Part shown: positions 18,845-29,284 of the stretch, piece after piece
Layout of the letters: every line of letters begins with the position of its first letter
Position numbering within the stretch: position 1 is the first letter of the stretch
NCBI GenBank assembly: GCA_044376115.1
Contig: JBILLK010000019.1
Coordinates: forward strand, 96,001 to 160,000
DNA from: Polyangiaceae bacterium
Lineage (GTDB): Bacteria > Myxococcota_A > Polyangia > Polyangiales > Polyangiaceae
Direction: 5' to 3'
Length of the DNA stretch: 64,000 nt
Notes under the pieces: model-generated
Told to the model about the DNA's origin: nothing
The model's input: only the letters and a program-made list of their open reading frames with translations
The model's database searches: none
Program-made: the position numbers and the translations under genes

Positions 18845-20404
18845 TCACTTCTTCGGTCGGAAGCGCTTGCTGTGTTTGAGCCGATACTTCAGCCTCTTCG
18901 CGTCCCAGCGCCAGACGATCTCCATCGCGATCAGCTTCTCGTCATATTCGTACAACGCCTTCGGGAAATGGGTCGCTCCGCGTAAACCAAGCTCGGTGTA
19001 GTCGGCGTTATGAAAACGCTCGGGTGAGCGCTCAAAGATGGGGACGTAGGTATCCTCGAACTCCACGCCCCCAACGCCGCCGGGCATTGGGTAGAGCGCG
19101 GTCCAGCTCGCGGGCTCCGGCCCGGCATAGCCGTTCGCGTAGGGCAGCTGATCTCGCGAGCTCACAGCGATCAGCAGCTTTTCGCCGTCGAGCGCGTCTC
19201 GCTCGAACACGCCGTGGATCTCGGGCAAGGAGGTCCACTCGACGTAGGAGTCCTCGGTCTGTGGAACGAGGAACAGGCTGTCACCGTCTTTGAAGACGAG
19301 CGATTGGGCGAACACGTCGATGACCCCGACCTCCTGCGTCCCGCGCGCGGCAAGTCGCTTGTAGAGCTGCTTCTCGACTGGCGTCACGATCGACGGACCA
19401 TCGCGATGCAGGCTCTCGAGTAGGCTGGGCGTCGCTGGCGCGTAGGAGACGGCCGGCGGGTAGAATGAAGTCCCGTAGGCCGTCGCGATCGCGCGTGCGC
19501 GCAGCTCGGCCTCCGGCTCGAAGGCCACCGCCTCCGCGAGCTTGAGCGGAACCCAGCGCTCGGCCAGCGGTGCTTTCGTCGCGGAGGTGAGCGGTGCTGC
19601 GGCCAGCCGAACCCACTCCCACGGAGCTTCGGCCAACCGCGGATAGGCGCTGACCGGTAGGCTCACCTCGAGCGTGGTCGCGTCTTCACTGCGAACGGCG
19701 CGCAGCTCCGCGCCGGCGACCTTGTGCGTGCTGCCATCGGCCAGCCGCTCGAAGACGCCCTCGGGCGTGAGCCGCAACACGCGCTCGAAACGTGCGCGAA
19801 AGGATGTTTTGAAAGCCGTATGACGTTCGACCATCTCGCGGCAAGCTTTGGCGACCTCCGGGGCGAGCGGCGGACCTTGCTCCCGTTCCCCCGCGCGGTC
19901 GCCCTCGAGCTCGATCACCTCGTGCTCACAGTTGAAGGGCCGGATCGGGCCGCCGCGCAACATCAAGTCTCCGATCAGCGGTAGGTCCGGCGGTATGGCG
20001 CCGAAGCCGAGCCATACGCCGTCTCGTGCGGCTCCGCGCAGCTCGGCCGCGATCCACGCAGCGTGCGGAGTTACGGTGAGGGCTACGTGAGAGGCGGCGC
20101 TGACAGGGTTCGACGCTGGAACTTCTTCGAGCCTGTCCGCCGACATTTTGAGCACGTCGGGCTCCGGCAACTCCCGGGGTTCAGCGGGCAACAAGGAGGG
20201 CCACTCGCCAAGCTTTCCGTCGAGCTCGAGTGAGTCGGGCTTGGCAACCAACGCGACGCTGACGAACTCGAGGTCCTGCGCGCTCTCGCGGGTTGCTTCC
20301 GAGGTCGCAGATGGCGTGATGCGCACCGCTTGCTCCTGCGTTTGAGCGCTGGAGCACGAGACGAGAGCCAGAGTTGCAAAGGGTAGGAGCGACACGCAGC
20401 GCAT
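18845..20404 (-). CDS. Hypothetical lipoprotein
   Basis: LVSC lipobox; LDGKLGEW sugar-binding-like motif. Confidence 0.65.
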   Translation of the reverse strand: MRCVSLLPFATLALVSCSSAQTQEQAVRITPSATSEATRESAQDLEFVSVALVAKPDSLELDGKLGEWPSLLPAEPRELPEPDVLKMSADRLEEVPASNPVSAASHVALTVTPHAAWIAAELRGAARDGVWLGFGAIPPDLPLIGDLMLRGGPIRPFNCEHEVIELEGDRAGEREQGPPLAPEVAKACREMVERHTAFKTSFRARFERVLRLTPEGVFERLADGSTHKVAGAELRAVRSEDATTLEVSLPVSAYPRLAEAPWEWVRLAAAPLTSATKAPLAERWVPLKLAEAVAFEPEAELRARAIATAYGTSFYPPAVSYAPATPSLLESLHRDGPSIVTPVEKQLYKRLAARGTQEVGVIDVFAQSLVFKDGDSLFLVPQTEDSYVEWTSLPEIHGVFERDALDGEKLLIAVSSRDQLPYANGYAGPEPASWTALYPMPGGVGGVEFEDTYVPIFERSPERFHNADYTELGLRGATHFPKALYEYDEKLIAMEIVWRWDAKRLKYRLKHSKRFRPKK

Positions 20405-20535
20405 GCGGGTGAAGGTAGGCGCTCTCTCGGGGAGAGGAAACCGATCTCCCTTGTCGCTTGTCCGATGCGGTTGCCCTCAGAGTTCGATGCGCCTCGGCTC
20501 GCTTGCCTTGCCGCAGCGCGCGCTTTCGAAAGAAG

Positions 20536-23500
20536 TCACTGCGGCGCGCAGGAGACGGTTTGGTCGCCTGCGTCCTTGTTGTTGCCGTCGTTGCATTCCT
20601 CGATCGCGTTGTCGGGATCGACGATGGCGAAGATGGTCGCGTTCAACGCCGAGCCGTTGAAGGCCGTCAGCGTCTCGCTGAGCGTCGCGCTGCCGCCTGC
20701 GGGGATGGGCCCGGCGATGGTGAACTCTTGGAGCGGCGTCCCGCCCTGGTTGGGGTCTCCGCTGTAGAAGCGCACCACCACGTTGGCCGCCTCCAGGCTG
20801 CCGTCGTTGAAGACCGTGGCGTCGACGTCAGGCGGGCAATCATTGGTGACGCTGGTGACCTCGATCCGCAGGTCGGCCTGCATGTCACCGCTGTCCACCG
20901 GCTCGGAGAGCTCGTTGTTGAGCTCGTTGCATTCGTTGGCCAGATTGCCCACGTCCGCGATCACGGTGATTTCATCCGGGAGCATCATCGGCGTATTGAA
21001 GGTCGCGTCGTAGGCCACCGTGAGGATCACCGACTCGCCGGGCTCGAGGCTGTTTTGCAGCGTCAGGGTGAGCGGCGTGGGCACGGCGTCGGCGTTGAGC
21101 GGTTCGCTGCCGAAGCCGTTCCATAGCCCCTCGAAGCCGAGCACGATGCCCGGGCCGACACGTAAATCACCCTGGTTGTCGACCTGGAAGGTGATCGTCA
21201 ACTCGTCGGTCAACATGCCGCAGGCGGCGCCCGGTGAGCTGAACTGCACCGCCGAAACGACCAGATCGGGCGCGACCCCAAGCGAGCGCGGGTTGGAGCG
21301 ATAGGTGTTGTACAGGCGACCATTCCACGGGCGCCAGCTCTCCGGCTCGATGGTCGGCACAGCGGCGCTCTCGGAAACGTTGGTCACGTGGTAGGCGTGC
21401 TCGCTCCAAATGCGGCGCGCGCTGACCCATGAATCGCTCGGGTCCCCCCAGACCTCGAGACCGTTGTTGTAGTTGAAGTTCCCTCCCTCCGAGCAGAAGC
21501 CCGACTCATTGGAGGTGGCGAACACGATCTCGCCGTTGCCATCGTTGTCGACGTCGGCGACCACTGGGTATTCGATGCGGGTCCGACTCTCGCTGGCCTC
21601 TTTGAACAAAACGCTGGCCGTAAGCCCGTCGTACAAGCGGAAGTAGCACTCGTCGTTGTAGATGACCTCGGCGCCGCCATCGCCGTTGAAGTCGAACACG
21701 CTGCTGCCGGTGACCCGGCTCGAGTCATCCTCGGTGCCGCGTTTCCAGCCGTTGTGCAAACAGACGCAGCTTTGCGTGATCTCGTTGCAGACCGTGCCCG
21801 CATCGACCGCTTGGCAATCCGCATCTTGCGTGCACGCGAGCGCCGGCGGGGTGCGCGCCGGGTTGGTCTGCGGGCCGCTGAGGCTGGTGGCGTCGGAGAG
21901 CACGTCGGGCCAAGCGGGGCAGCTGGGACTTGGCGCCTGCAGATCGAGGACCTCGTAGCGCGTACCAAACGCGCTCCCAACCTCGGGGAAGCCGTCCCCA
22001 TCGAAGTCATCGATGTTGGGCGCTCCGCCGTCGGTACCGGCTCCGATCGAGGTGCTCTGACGCAGCGCGCCGGTCGCGCCATTCAGGATCAACAAGTAGC
22101 CCTCGTTGATCAACACCACCTCGGGCGCACCATCCAGCGGGTTGGCAGGGCCCGTTGGCATCACCGTGTCCGCCCCGAGTACGTCGGCGATCGAGCAGAA
22201 GCCGTCGCGCCTCGTGCTGGGTAACACCGCCGCGGTGTTGACCGTTTGCCCATCCCAGGCCACCAGCAGGCTGCCGTTGCAGAAGGCTGTCTCCTCGGCG
22301 TTTTGCGGCGGAAACATCGCGCAATCGGAGCGCTGGGTGGCACCGGCGGGCGCGCTCGGAAAGCCATACGCTGTGGTGCCCGCAACGATCTCCTGCTTGG
22401 TGTCCCCGACGAGGTTGGCGATGCACACGACGGGACCTTGCCCTTGGGTGCCGTTCATCAAGCTGCCCGAGAAGGTGTCGACGTGGATCAAGTTGCCGTT
22501 CGCGTCGTTGGCAAACGTGAGTACGAACCTGCCCACCGCCACTTCGGCGAAGCCAGCGTTGTCGATGTTGGCGATGGTTGGAGCTGGGTTGGCGTAGCCC
22601 GCCGACGGCCAGATCGCGCCGACCGTGGTGAGCGCGAGCGTGCCGTCGTTGCGGAAGATCTGCAGGCCGCGATCCTCCGAGATGCCGACGATCTCGGGCA
22701 AGCCGTCACCATCGATGTCGCCGACGGCGATGGCCGCCGTCGAGTTGAGCGTAGCGGCCGTACAGTTGGCTGCGCCCACGGCGCAATCGTTGGGCAGCGG
22801 ATCTCCTTCGCGCCAGGTCGAACTGCCGCACACCGAGAAGAAGTCATCGCCTTTGGCCGGACCGCCGCCGTGAATGGCGCGCAGGATGCCGTTGCTCGAG
22901 ATCTCTTGGTTGCAGAAGGTTTGAAAGATGATTTCCGGGAAGTCGCGTTCGTTGACCAGCCCGTCCCCGTTGTCGTCGTCGAGGTTGGCGACGACCGGCG
23001 TCATCACTACTTGGGAGGAGAGCTCGTGCGGGCTACCCAGGGCTGCGCGTTGTTGCTCACTCGTCCCGCCCCACACGATCTCTGGCGCTGGGTTGGTCAG
23101 CGCAAGCGGCGGGAGTTGGCAGGTCGGTGCGAGCCCAGTCCCCGCGCACTGGCCAGCGTCACACTGCGTGAAGGCCGGGCAGTCCCAATCGTCGAAGCAG
23201 CCGCAATGCGCGTTGCCGCTGCCGTCATCGACGCAGTTGCTGTCGAAGTAGGCAGTGCTACCGCAGGTGAATTGGCTGCTGGTGCTACTGCCGTTTTGCG
23301 CGCACTCGAACAGCTCGTCGCCGACGCAGGAGGTGCTGCCCGCGACGCACTCGTCATCCACGCAAATGGTGCCGTTGCAATAGCGCTCGGTCGGGCACTC
23401 GACGTCGTCGCTGCAGGAGATGTCGACGCACACGGCGCCGCCGTTCGCTTGCAGCACGCACTCCTCGGTTGCGCTGCAGTTCGCCTCTGCGCAGGTAACC

Positions 23501-23748
23501 AGTACGCAGGAGCCGTCTTCACAGGTGAGGCCCGGGTCACAGCTGACGCCGTCGCACGGGTCGGGCATGACGTTGGAGGTCGAGCCTCCGCCGCCGCTGG
23601 CGAAGCCTGCGCCGCTGCCTCCTGAGCCTCCCGAACCGCCGTTGCTCGCTCCGGCCTCTCCACCGCCGCCGCTTGGCGGCGTTATCACCTCAGGATCTCC
23701 GCAAGCCGCCAAAACAAGAAGACCGAGGCCCAATCGAGAAGCGCGCAT
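20536..23748 (-). CDS. Cys-rich FG-GAP/VCBS repeat lipoprotein with C-terminal CARDB domains
   Basis: LAAC; DxDGDG.PE repeats; PDL...NECNELNN and DPDNAIEECNDGNN. Confidence 0.85.
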   Translation of the reverse strand: MRASRLGLGLLVLAACGDPEVITPPSGGGGEAGASNGGSGGSGGSGAGFASGGGGSTSNVMPDPCDGVSCDPGLTCEDGSCVLVTCAEANCSATEECVLQANGGAVCVDISCSDDVECPTERYCNGTICVDDECVAGSTSCVGDELFECAQNGSSTSSQFTCGSTAYFDSNCVDDGSGNAHCGCFDDWDCPAFTQCDAGQCAGTGLAPTCQLPPLALTNPAPEIVWGGTSEQQRAALGSPHELSSQVVMTPVVANLDDDNGDGLVNERDFPEIIFQTFCNQEISSNGILRAIHGGGPAKGDDFFSVCGSSTWREGDPLPNDCAVGAANCTAATLNSTAAIAVGDIDGDGLPEIVGISEDRGLQIFRNDGTLALTTVGAIWPSAGYANPAPTIANIDNAGFAEVAVGRFVLTFANDANGNLIHVDTFSGSLMNGTQGQGPVVCIANLVGDTKQEIVAGTTAYGFPSAPAGATQRSDCAMFPPQNAEETAFCNGSLLVAWDGQTVNTAAVLPSTRRDGFCSIADVLGADTVMPTGPANPLDGAPEVVLINEGYLLILNGATGALRQSTSIGAGTDGGAPNIDDFDGDGFPEVGSAFGTRYEVLDLQAPSPSCPAWPDVLSDATSLSGPQTNPARTPPALACTQDADCQAVDAGTVCNEITQSCVCLHNGWKRGTEDDSSRVTGSSVFDFNGDGGAEVIYNDECYFRLYDGLTASVLFKEASESRTRIEYPVVADVDNDGNGEIVFATSNESGFCSEGGNFNYNNGLEVWGDPSDSWVSARRIWSEHAYHVTNVSESAAVPTIEPESWRPWNGRLYNTYRSNPRSLGVAPDLVVSAVQFSSPGAACGMLTDELTITFQVDNQGDLRVGPGIVLGFEGLWNGFGSEPLNADAVPTPLTLTLQNSLEPGESVILTVAYDATFNTPMMLPDEITVIADVGNLANECNELNNELSEPVDSGDMQADLRIEVTSVTNDCPPDVDATVFNDGSLEAANVVVRFYSGDPNQGGTPLQEFTIAGPIPAGGSATLSETLTAFNGSALNATIFAIVDPDNAIEECNDGNNKDAGDQTVSCAPQ

Positions 23749-23780
23749 CCTTCGATCTCTAACAGGCGCGTGAAAGCTTG

Positions 23781-26003
23781 TCAGCGGCGCGTGAAGCCCC
23801 CGCGCAGAAGGTCTTGTCGGGTGAGCACGTCACTCGAGCCCTCCATCGCCAGCGCAGCTCGAATCAGCACCGACTCGAACTCGGTCTCATTGCCAGGCCA
23901 GTCGTGCTCGAGCAGCCACTCGAGCGCCGAGGCGTCGATACCGATTGGCTTTTTGCGCTCGCGTAGCCCGATGCGGGTGAGGTGGTGGAGCGCGAGGGCG
24001 CGCAGATCCTCGGGCCTCGCGGCCAAGCGCGGCAACGCCACCGTTTGCTCGCCCAGAAAATCGGCGAAGCGCTCCTCCAGCCGATCCTCGGCCATCAGTA
24101 CGTCGACGGTGCGCGGTAGCACCACACAAAGGTTGGTGGCGGGCGGCAGCGCAGCCGAGATGTACGCCTGCACCAGCTTGGGCAGTTGATGCGCGTCGAC
24201 CAGCAACAAGGTTCCGCCTTTGGCGGTGAGCAGCGGAGAAGCCGCAGGGTCACGCCACAAGCCCAGATCGGCCAGAGTGTTGTCGCGCCCGTCGAAGACC
24301 AAGAGCTGGTGACTCCGCCTCTCCGAGGCGAGGTGATAACGCGCAGCGAAGGGTAGGGGATCGGTGCCGTGGGCGTCGAGCAAGGTGAGCGGCGCGCCGC
24401 TCGCTCCCACACGATCGATCGCCTCCAGCGCGAGCCGCATGGTCGGCGAATAAGCGGCGATCGAGGCGCGCGCAGCCAGCGCTCGCACGAACGCTTCGGA
24501 GCGATCGCGCGCACCTTCGAGCTCGATTTGGACGGCGGCCAGCTCTTTGGCCACCGTCTCCTCGTTGGCGCGGTGCGCGGCCTCCCGCGCGACCGAACGC
24601 GCGATCTGCGAGCTGGTCGCGATGTGGCCGCCCAAGAGCTGCGTCAACTCGGCCAGGGCGCGCACCTCGGACAGCGCCAGTGGGTCCAGTCGGTCGCCGA
24701 GCGGAAGCCCCAACATGCCGACAGCCGTGTCGCCTTCGAAGGCCAGCGCGATCGCGCGCAGCTTGCGGTCGCTCATCCAGGCCGCGACTGCGCGCGTCTC
24801 CGGCCTGCGCACCGCTACCGCCTCGAGCGCCTCGACCGTCAACACCGCCTCCGTTTCTTCTTTGGCGATGTCGGTGATCGAGCTCGGGATGGCCGCACTT
24901 TCGGTGCGCACATAACCGGCGAGATCCACCAGCGTGACGGAGGGCGGATCGAAGCGGAAGATGCACGGAGACTCGAGCCTGCGGTGCGAGAGCGACGACA
25001 GCTCGACCAAGGCTCCAGCGAGCGCGGTGTCGGGCTCGGTTTGGCTCGCTGCTCGGCGCGCGATCGCGAAGGGCTCCATCCACGGCTCGCTGTGCGGAAA
25101 TACGCGGTCGCGCAGCGCCGGTGCGAGGCGAGCAGCGAGGGCTGCCGCGAGCGCGCTTGCGGCCACACACAACGCAGCGAAGCTCGGCTGTTGTTTGGCG
25201 AAATAGGCGAGCCCCACCGTGGGCAAGATGCCCGTCGTCGCGAAGGTGGTCACGGTCAGCGCGCCGCGCCCGAGCGTGTCCGCCTCTTTCGCCGTCGAGG
25301 TATGGCAGGCGAAGAGCGAAACCAAGACCGACGTCAGCAAGAAGACGTACACCGGGTTCCAAAGCCGCAAGAGCCCGAGCGCCACCGCCACGCCGAACAA
25401 CGTCATGCCCAAGAGCGAGAGCGCGCGCAGGCGCTCGCGCGCACCGAGCTCGGCGCGACGGCGGCCATATTCGAGGAGCGAGAGCGCGATGGTCAGGCCG
25501 GTCATGCCCAGCCCTGCCGCCGAAGCGAGGTTCTCCGAGAGCAGCCGCATCTCTTCGCGGGACAAGCCCGCGAACGGTTCACTCAGGCGCGAGTAGAGCG
25601 CGGCCGCGAACGCCAGCAACACAAGCCCGTGAGCGAGCGGGTAGTTCCGCCGTTCGTGAAGGCGCGAGACCATGCCGGGCGCAGCGGGTGCGAGGCTCAC
25701 CGACCGAAAGCCCATCACGCCGGTGAGCGCCGCTGAACAAAGCGCGAACACGAACCCCACCCGCCATTCGATGAAGATCAGGCTGAGCACGAACAGCGCC
25801 GCGCTCACGGCTCCCACCCGCAACGCGACCCGCAAGGAGGGATGGTCCTCGCGTAGATGTCGCGTCGCCCATTCGCTGAGGCCGATCGCGAGCGCGAGTG
25901 GAACCAGGGCCCCGTACGCCCACGGCGGCGCTTCGACGCCGGTGATCAGCGTAAAGACCACGTAGGTCGACAGCAGCAGGCTCAACGCCGTCGTGCGATC
26001 CAC
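23781..26003 (-). CDS. Polytopic membrane protein with GAF-like region and degenerate sigma54-activator AAA+ domain
   Basis: About 10 hydrophobic segments; LPRLAARPEDL...HDWPGNETEFESVLIRA lid; no Walker A, GAFTGA or HTH. Confidence 0.65.
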   Translation of the reverse strand: MDRTTALSLLLSTYVVFTLITGVEAPPWAYGALVPLALAIGLSEWATRHLREDHPSLRVALRVGAVSAALFVLSLIFIEWRVGFVFALCSAALTGVMGFRSVSLAPAAPGMVSRLHERRNYPLAHGLVLLAFAAALYSRLSEPFAGLSREEMRLLSENLASAAGLGMTGLTIALSLLEYGRRRAELGARERLRALSLLGMTLFGVAVALGLLRLWNPVYVFLLTSVLVSLFACHTSTAKEADTLGRGALTVTTFATTGILPTVGLAYFAKQQPSFAALCVAASALAAALAARLAPALRDRVFPHSEPWMEPFAIARRAASQTEPDTALAGALVELSSLSHRRLESPCIFRFDPPSVTLVDLAGYVRTESAAIPSSITDIAKEETEAVLTVEALEAVAVRRPETRAVAAWMSDRKLRAIALAFEGDTAVGMLGLPLGDRLDPLALSEVRALAELTQLLGGHIATSSQIARSVAREAAHRANEETVAKELAAVQIELEGARDRSEAFVRALAARASIAAYSPTMRLALEAIDRVGASGAPLTLLDAHGTDPLPFAARYHLASERRSHQLLVFDGRDNTLADLGLWRDPAASPLLTAKGGTLLLVDAHQLPKLVQAYISAALPPATNLCVVLPRTVDVLMAEDRLEERFADFLGEQTVALPRLAARPEDLRALALHHLTRIGLRERKKPIGIDASALEWLLEHDWPGNETEFESVLIRAALAMEGSSDVLTRQDLLRGGFTRR

Positions 26004-26113
26004 GGGCGGAACCTTGCATGGCGTGGGCCGCGCGCCAAACGCGAGATCGGCGTGAAACGCCGCAAAGCCGCCGGTCATTTGGCCTAACGGCTCAAGCTTC
26101 GCTTGAATGGCAC

Positions 26114-26509
26114 ATGTCCATTCCGTTCTGGTGCTTGTTTGTCGCGGTCAACTTTCCCTACGTCTGGGGAGGTGTCTCGGTGAACCTCCGCAAGAAGGAG
26201 TTCGGCAGCATCGACAACCACGAGCCGCGCGCCCAGGCCGCCAAAGCTACCGGCGCCGCAGCCCGAGCCTACGCCGCGCATTTAAACGCATGGGAGGCTC
26301 TGGCGGTGTTTGCGCCAGCGGTGATCGTCGCCCATCTCGGCGCGCCTAACTCAACGGTCGCGCCGATACTGGCTCTGGTCTGGGTTGCCGCTCGTTTGCT
26401 GCACGGCGTGCTCTACATCGCCAACATCGCTGCAGCGCGCTCGGCCGTATTCGGCGTCGCGCTGCTCGCGGCGATGGCGCTCTTCTTCGTCGGTGCCGGG
26501 ATCCTCTAG
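26114..26509 (+). CDS. MAPEG family membrane protein
   Basis: DNHEPR...RAYAAHLNAWE...RLLHGVLY. Confidence 0.88.
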   Translation: MSIPFWCLFVAVNFPYVWGGVSVNLRKKEFGSIDNHEPRAQAAKATGAAARAYAAHLNAWEALAVFAPAVIVAHLGAPNSTVAPILALVWVAARLLHGVLYIANIAAARSAVFGVALLAAMALFFVGAGIL

Positions 26510-26510
26510 C

Positions 26511-27305
26511 TCACTTGATCGCGAGCGAGCTGCACATCTTCTCGAGCCACGGCAGGAACTTGTCCTTGTTCTTGACGTACTCTTCGCCGAAGGCGTTCGC
26601 TCGGCAGGAGACCACGGTCTCGCCAGACTTCACCAGCACCTCGGCCTTGATCATGCCTTCGCTCTCGGTCGACAGGACGTAGCCCTTGTCGGTCTTCTCC
26701 TGCTTGATCACCTTCTCTTTGAGCTCGCCGGCTTGCTTCACGGCCTTGTCCAGATCCACGTCAAAGCCAGGCGAGATCGTAACGGAGGGCCCTCCAAATA
26801 GATCCTCGCCTTTGAGCTCGTAGCTCTTCATGCTCTCCGAGGCGAGCTTGGTATCTTCGGCGAAGCCCTCGCCCAGCGAGATCGAGTAGTTCAGCGTCTT
26901 GTCGTCGTAGGTCTTGAGCTTGCCGTCGAAGGATTTGGAAGGAGCATCGGCAAGCTTCAGCAGTTTGGCGGCCTTCTCCTCTTTCTCCTTGGCAGACTTC
27001 TTCTCGCTCGCGGCCTTGAGCTTCTCATCGCCGAGCACGCAGCCAAGCACGCAGCCCATCACCGCATCTTCGGTGTCTTTCTCAGTGCAGCCAACCACGC
27101 ACTTGTAGGCCTCGGGGCTGACCTCTTTCATCTCGGTCAGCTCTTTGACGCACTTATCGTGCTCCTCTTTGCCGGGCGTCTTCTTGTCTTTCTTGTCGCT
27201 CTTGGCCTCGAGCTCCTCGAACTTGGTGCAAACCGCGTCAGGGCTCTTGCCACAGGCGGCGGTGGAGAGAGCGAGCAAAGCAACCACAGCGAAATTACGG
27301 AGCAT
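26511..27305 (-). CDS. Hypothetical Lys-rich lipoprotein
   Basis: TAAC lipobox, Cys-rich helical N-domain. Confidence 0.7.
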   Translation of the reverse strand: MLRNFAVVALLALSTAACGKSPDAVCTKFEELEAKSDKKDKKTPGKEEHDKCVKELTEMKEVSPEAYKCVVGCTEKDTEDAVMGCVLGCVLGDEKLKAASEKKSAKEKEEKAAKLLKLADAPSKSFDGKLKTYDDKTLNYSISLGEGFAEDTKLASESMKSYELKGEDLFGGPSVTISPGFDVDLDKAVKQAGELKEKVIKQEKTDKGYVLSTESEGMIKAEVLVKSGETVVSCRANAFGEEYVKNKDKFLPWLEKMCSSLAIK

Positions 27306-27388
27306 GGGGATCTTTCTGTGAGGGGGCGTCTTGGGCCCTGCGCGACGGCGTCCTACGCCGCTCCCCCTAACTCCTTCCCCGAGCGCTG

Positions 27389-27823
27389 TCAGCCTTCTTG
27401 CGCTCGACGCTCAGAGGCTGTGTGCTCCTTCAACAGGCAGCGATCTTCCACCACGATGAGGCCTGCGGCGCGGGCCATCGCGGCCGCTTCGGGATGGTGA
27501 ATCCCCTCTTGCAGCCACAGGACTTTGGCCCCGCGGCGCACCGCTGCTTCGGCGATCTCAGGCACTTCTTCGCTACGCCGAAAGACGTTGACGATGTCGA
27601 TCGGGGGCGGCATGTCGCTCAGGCTCTCGACCACCGAGATCGGCAAGTCCCGCTTGTGGATCAGCAGCGGGTTGATGCCGATCACCCGGTAGCCGGCGTT
27701 GGCCATGTAGACCGATACGTAGTAGCTGGCCCGGGCTGGCTTGTCGCTGAAGCCAACCACGGCGATGTGACGCATCGCTAGGGCCTTGGCAATATCGCTC
27801 TCGGTATCGATGCTTTCGCTCAC
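27389..27823 (-). CDS. CoA-binding protein (YccU-like)
   Basis: IAVVGFSDKPARAS, DIVNVFR, LWLQEG, VEDRC. Confidence 0.9.
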   Translation of the reverse strand: MSESIDTESDIAKALAMRHIAVVGFSDKPARASYYVSVYMANAGYRVIGINPLLIHKRDLPISVVESLSDMPPPIDIVNVFRRSEEVPEIAEAAVRRGAKVLWLQEGIHHPEAAAMARAAGLIVVEDRCLLKEHTASERRAQEG

Positions 27824-27862
27824 CGGCGGAGCATACGGGCCCCGCCGCGCGAAAGTACATGC

Positions 27863-28540
27863 TCAGCCGGCGCTGCCGACCAACTTCTGCAGGGCAGGGA
27901 GGTCCGCCTCTTCGATCGCGCCAGAGATGATGCAGTGCAGTGCCCCTTCCGGGTTGAGCAGCACATGCGTTGGTAGCTTGCTGAGGTTGGCGATCGAGAG
28001 CGCGTCGAGCGCGCTCTTGCGGTCGTCGTTGGGTGGGAAGTGGAAGCTCTTGCGCACGCCTGTCTGCGGCTGCTCATTGAGGAACTTGAGCGCCAGTCGC
28101 TCGTCGTCATCCACGCTCAAGAAGACCACGCGGAGCTTGTCTTTGAGCTGCGTTTCCCAGCGCTGCAAGAGCGGCATCTCTTGTTTGCACGGCCCGCACC
28201 AACCAGCCCAAAGGTTGAGCCACGTCCACTTGCCCTTGCCCAGCGGGATGGTGCCCTCGAGCGCCTCTTCACCGCTTGCGACCAGGGACATGGCCTTCGG
28301 CAACGCAGGCTTCTCCCCGGCGTTCTTCGGCTTGTTGGCGCAAAAGGCTGGGCGCGGGCGAGGAGCGGAGCTCGGAGCGGCGCTCTTCACCACCGCCACG
28401 GATGCACCGGCCGACTGGGTCAGCGACTCCGAGCGCGACCGCTCCCCGTTAGAGCTTTGGGGAGCGTCTTCACTGCAAGCCGCGCCGGCCAGGAGTCCAA
28501 GCGCAACAACCAGGTGGGTAAGCCGAGACGGTGCAATCAC
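27863..28540 (-). CDS. TlpA-family thiol-disulfide oxidoreductase lipoprotein
   Basis: LNLWAGWCGPCKQEMP; LPTHVLL. Confidence 0.88.
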   Translation of the reverse strand: MIAPSRLTHLVVALGLLAGAACSEDAPQSSNGERSRSESLTQSAGASVAVVKSAAPSSAPRPRPAFCANKPKNAGEKPALPKAMSLVASGEEALEGTIPLGKGKWTWLNLWAGWCGPCKQEMPLLQRWETQLKDKLRVVFLSVDDDERLALKFLNEQPQTGVRKSFHFPPNDDRKSALDALSIANLSKLPTHVLLNPEGALHCIISGAIEEADLPALQKLVGSAG

Positions 28541-28596
28541 AGAACGCCCTTAGCCCTTATTGCTCGCGAGCCGCAAGGTTTCGGACGAGGGGCCTG

Positions 28597-29247
28597 CTAA
28601 AGCGGCGCGCCCGCCCTCAGCTTGAAGCGCGTGGCATCGGTGGGCTCGAAGGCGCCGCTCTCGGTGATGCGATACGCGAAGGTGCCTTCTTCCACCCCTT
28701 GCGGGAAGCTGCTGGAAAACTCGGCCGGAACGATGGGGAAGCTTTGGGGAGACTGGACCATCGCCGTGTTCGCGATGCCGAACAGGTTGCCTTGCTTGAC
28801 CTCGCTCGCATCGACGCTGCCGTCCATGTTCTCGTCGCCGACGACCATCAGATAGGCGACCGCTGCTTGGAAATCACCGGTGCACGGGCAGTCGGCGGGG
28901 ACCTCGCAATCGCGCGTGCAGAAGCGAACCACGTCCGGCGCCGGGCTGAGCGCCGCTGGATCGAAGATGATTTCGCTGTCGGTCACGGCCAGTGGAGCTT
29001 GGTAGGCGATCGTAGGGTCCGCCAAGTTCGCCCCGTCGAGGCGTACCCAGATCACCGCAAAGCGTCCCTCAGCGTCGCCGGTTCGCTCCACGTCCAAGCA
29101 GATTTGCCCTTCGGGACACGTGCTCGCAGCTCCGCCGCCACCTCCGTCGCCTCCCGCTCCGGAGCCGCCACTGCCACCGCTACCTCCCGAGTCACCACAG
29201 CCCAGCGCACAAGCCACGATCCCAAGCCAAAGAAAGCTGCGAGTCAT
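28597..29247 (-). CDS. Hypothetical lipoprotein
   Basis: ALGC lipobox, Gly/Ser linker. Confidence 0.65.
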   Translation of the reverse strand: MTRSFLWLGIVACALGCGDSGGSGGSGGSGAGGDGGGGGAASTCPEGQICLDVERTGDAEGRFAVIWVRLDGANLADPTIAYQAPLAVTDSEIIFDPAALSPAPDVVRFCTRDCEVPADCPCTGDFQAAVAYLMVVGDENMDGSVDASEVKQGNLFGIANTAMVQSPQSFPIVPAEFSSSFPQGVEEGTFAYRITESGAFEPTDATRFKLRAGAPL

Positions 29248-29284
29248 GCTGCAACTTTAGACCAACCCCGTATCCTGCGCGGGG

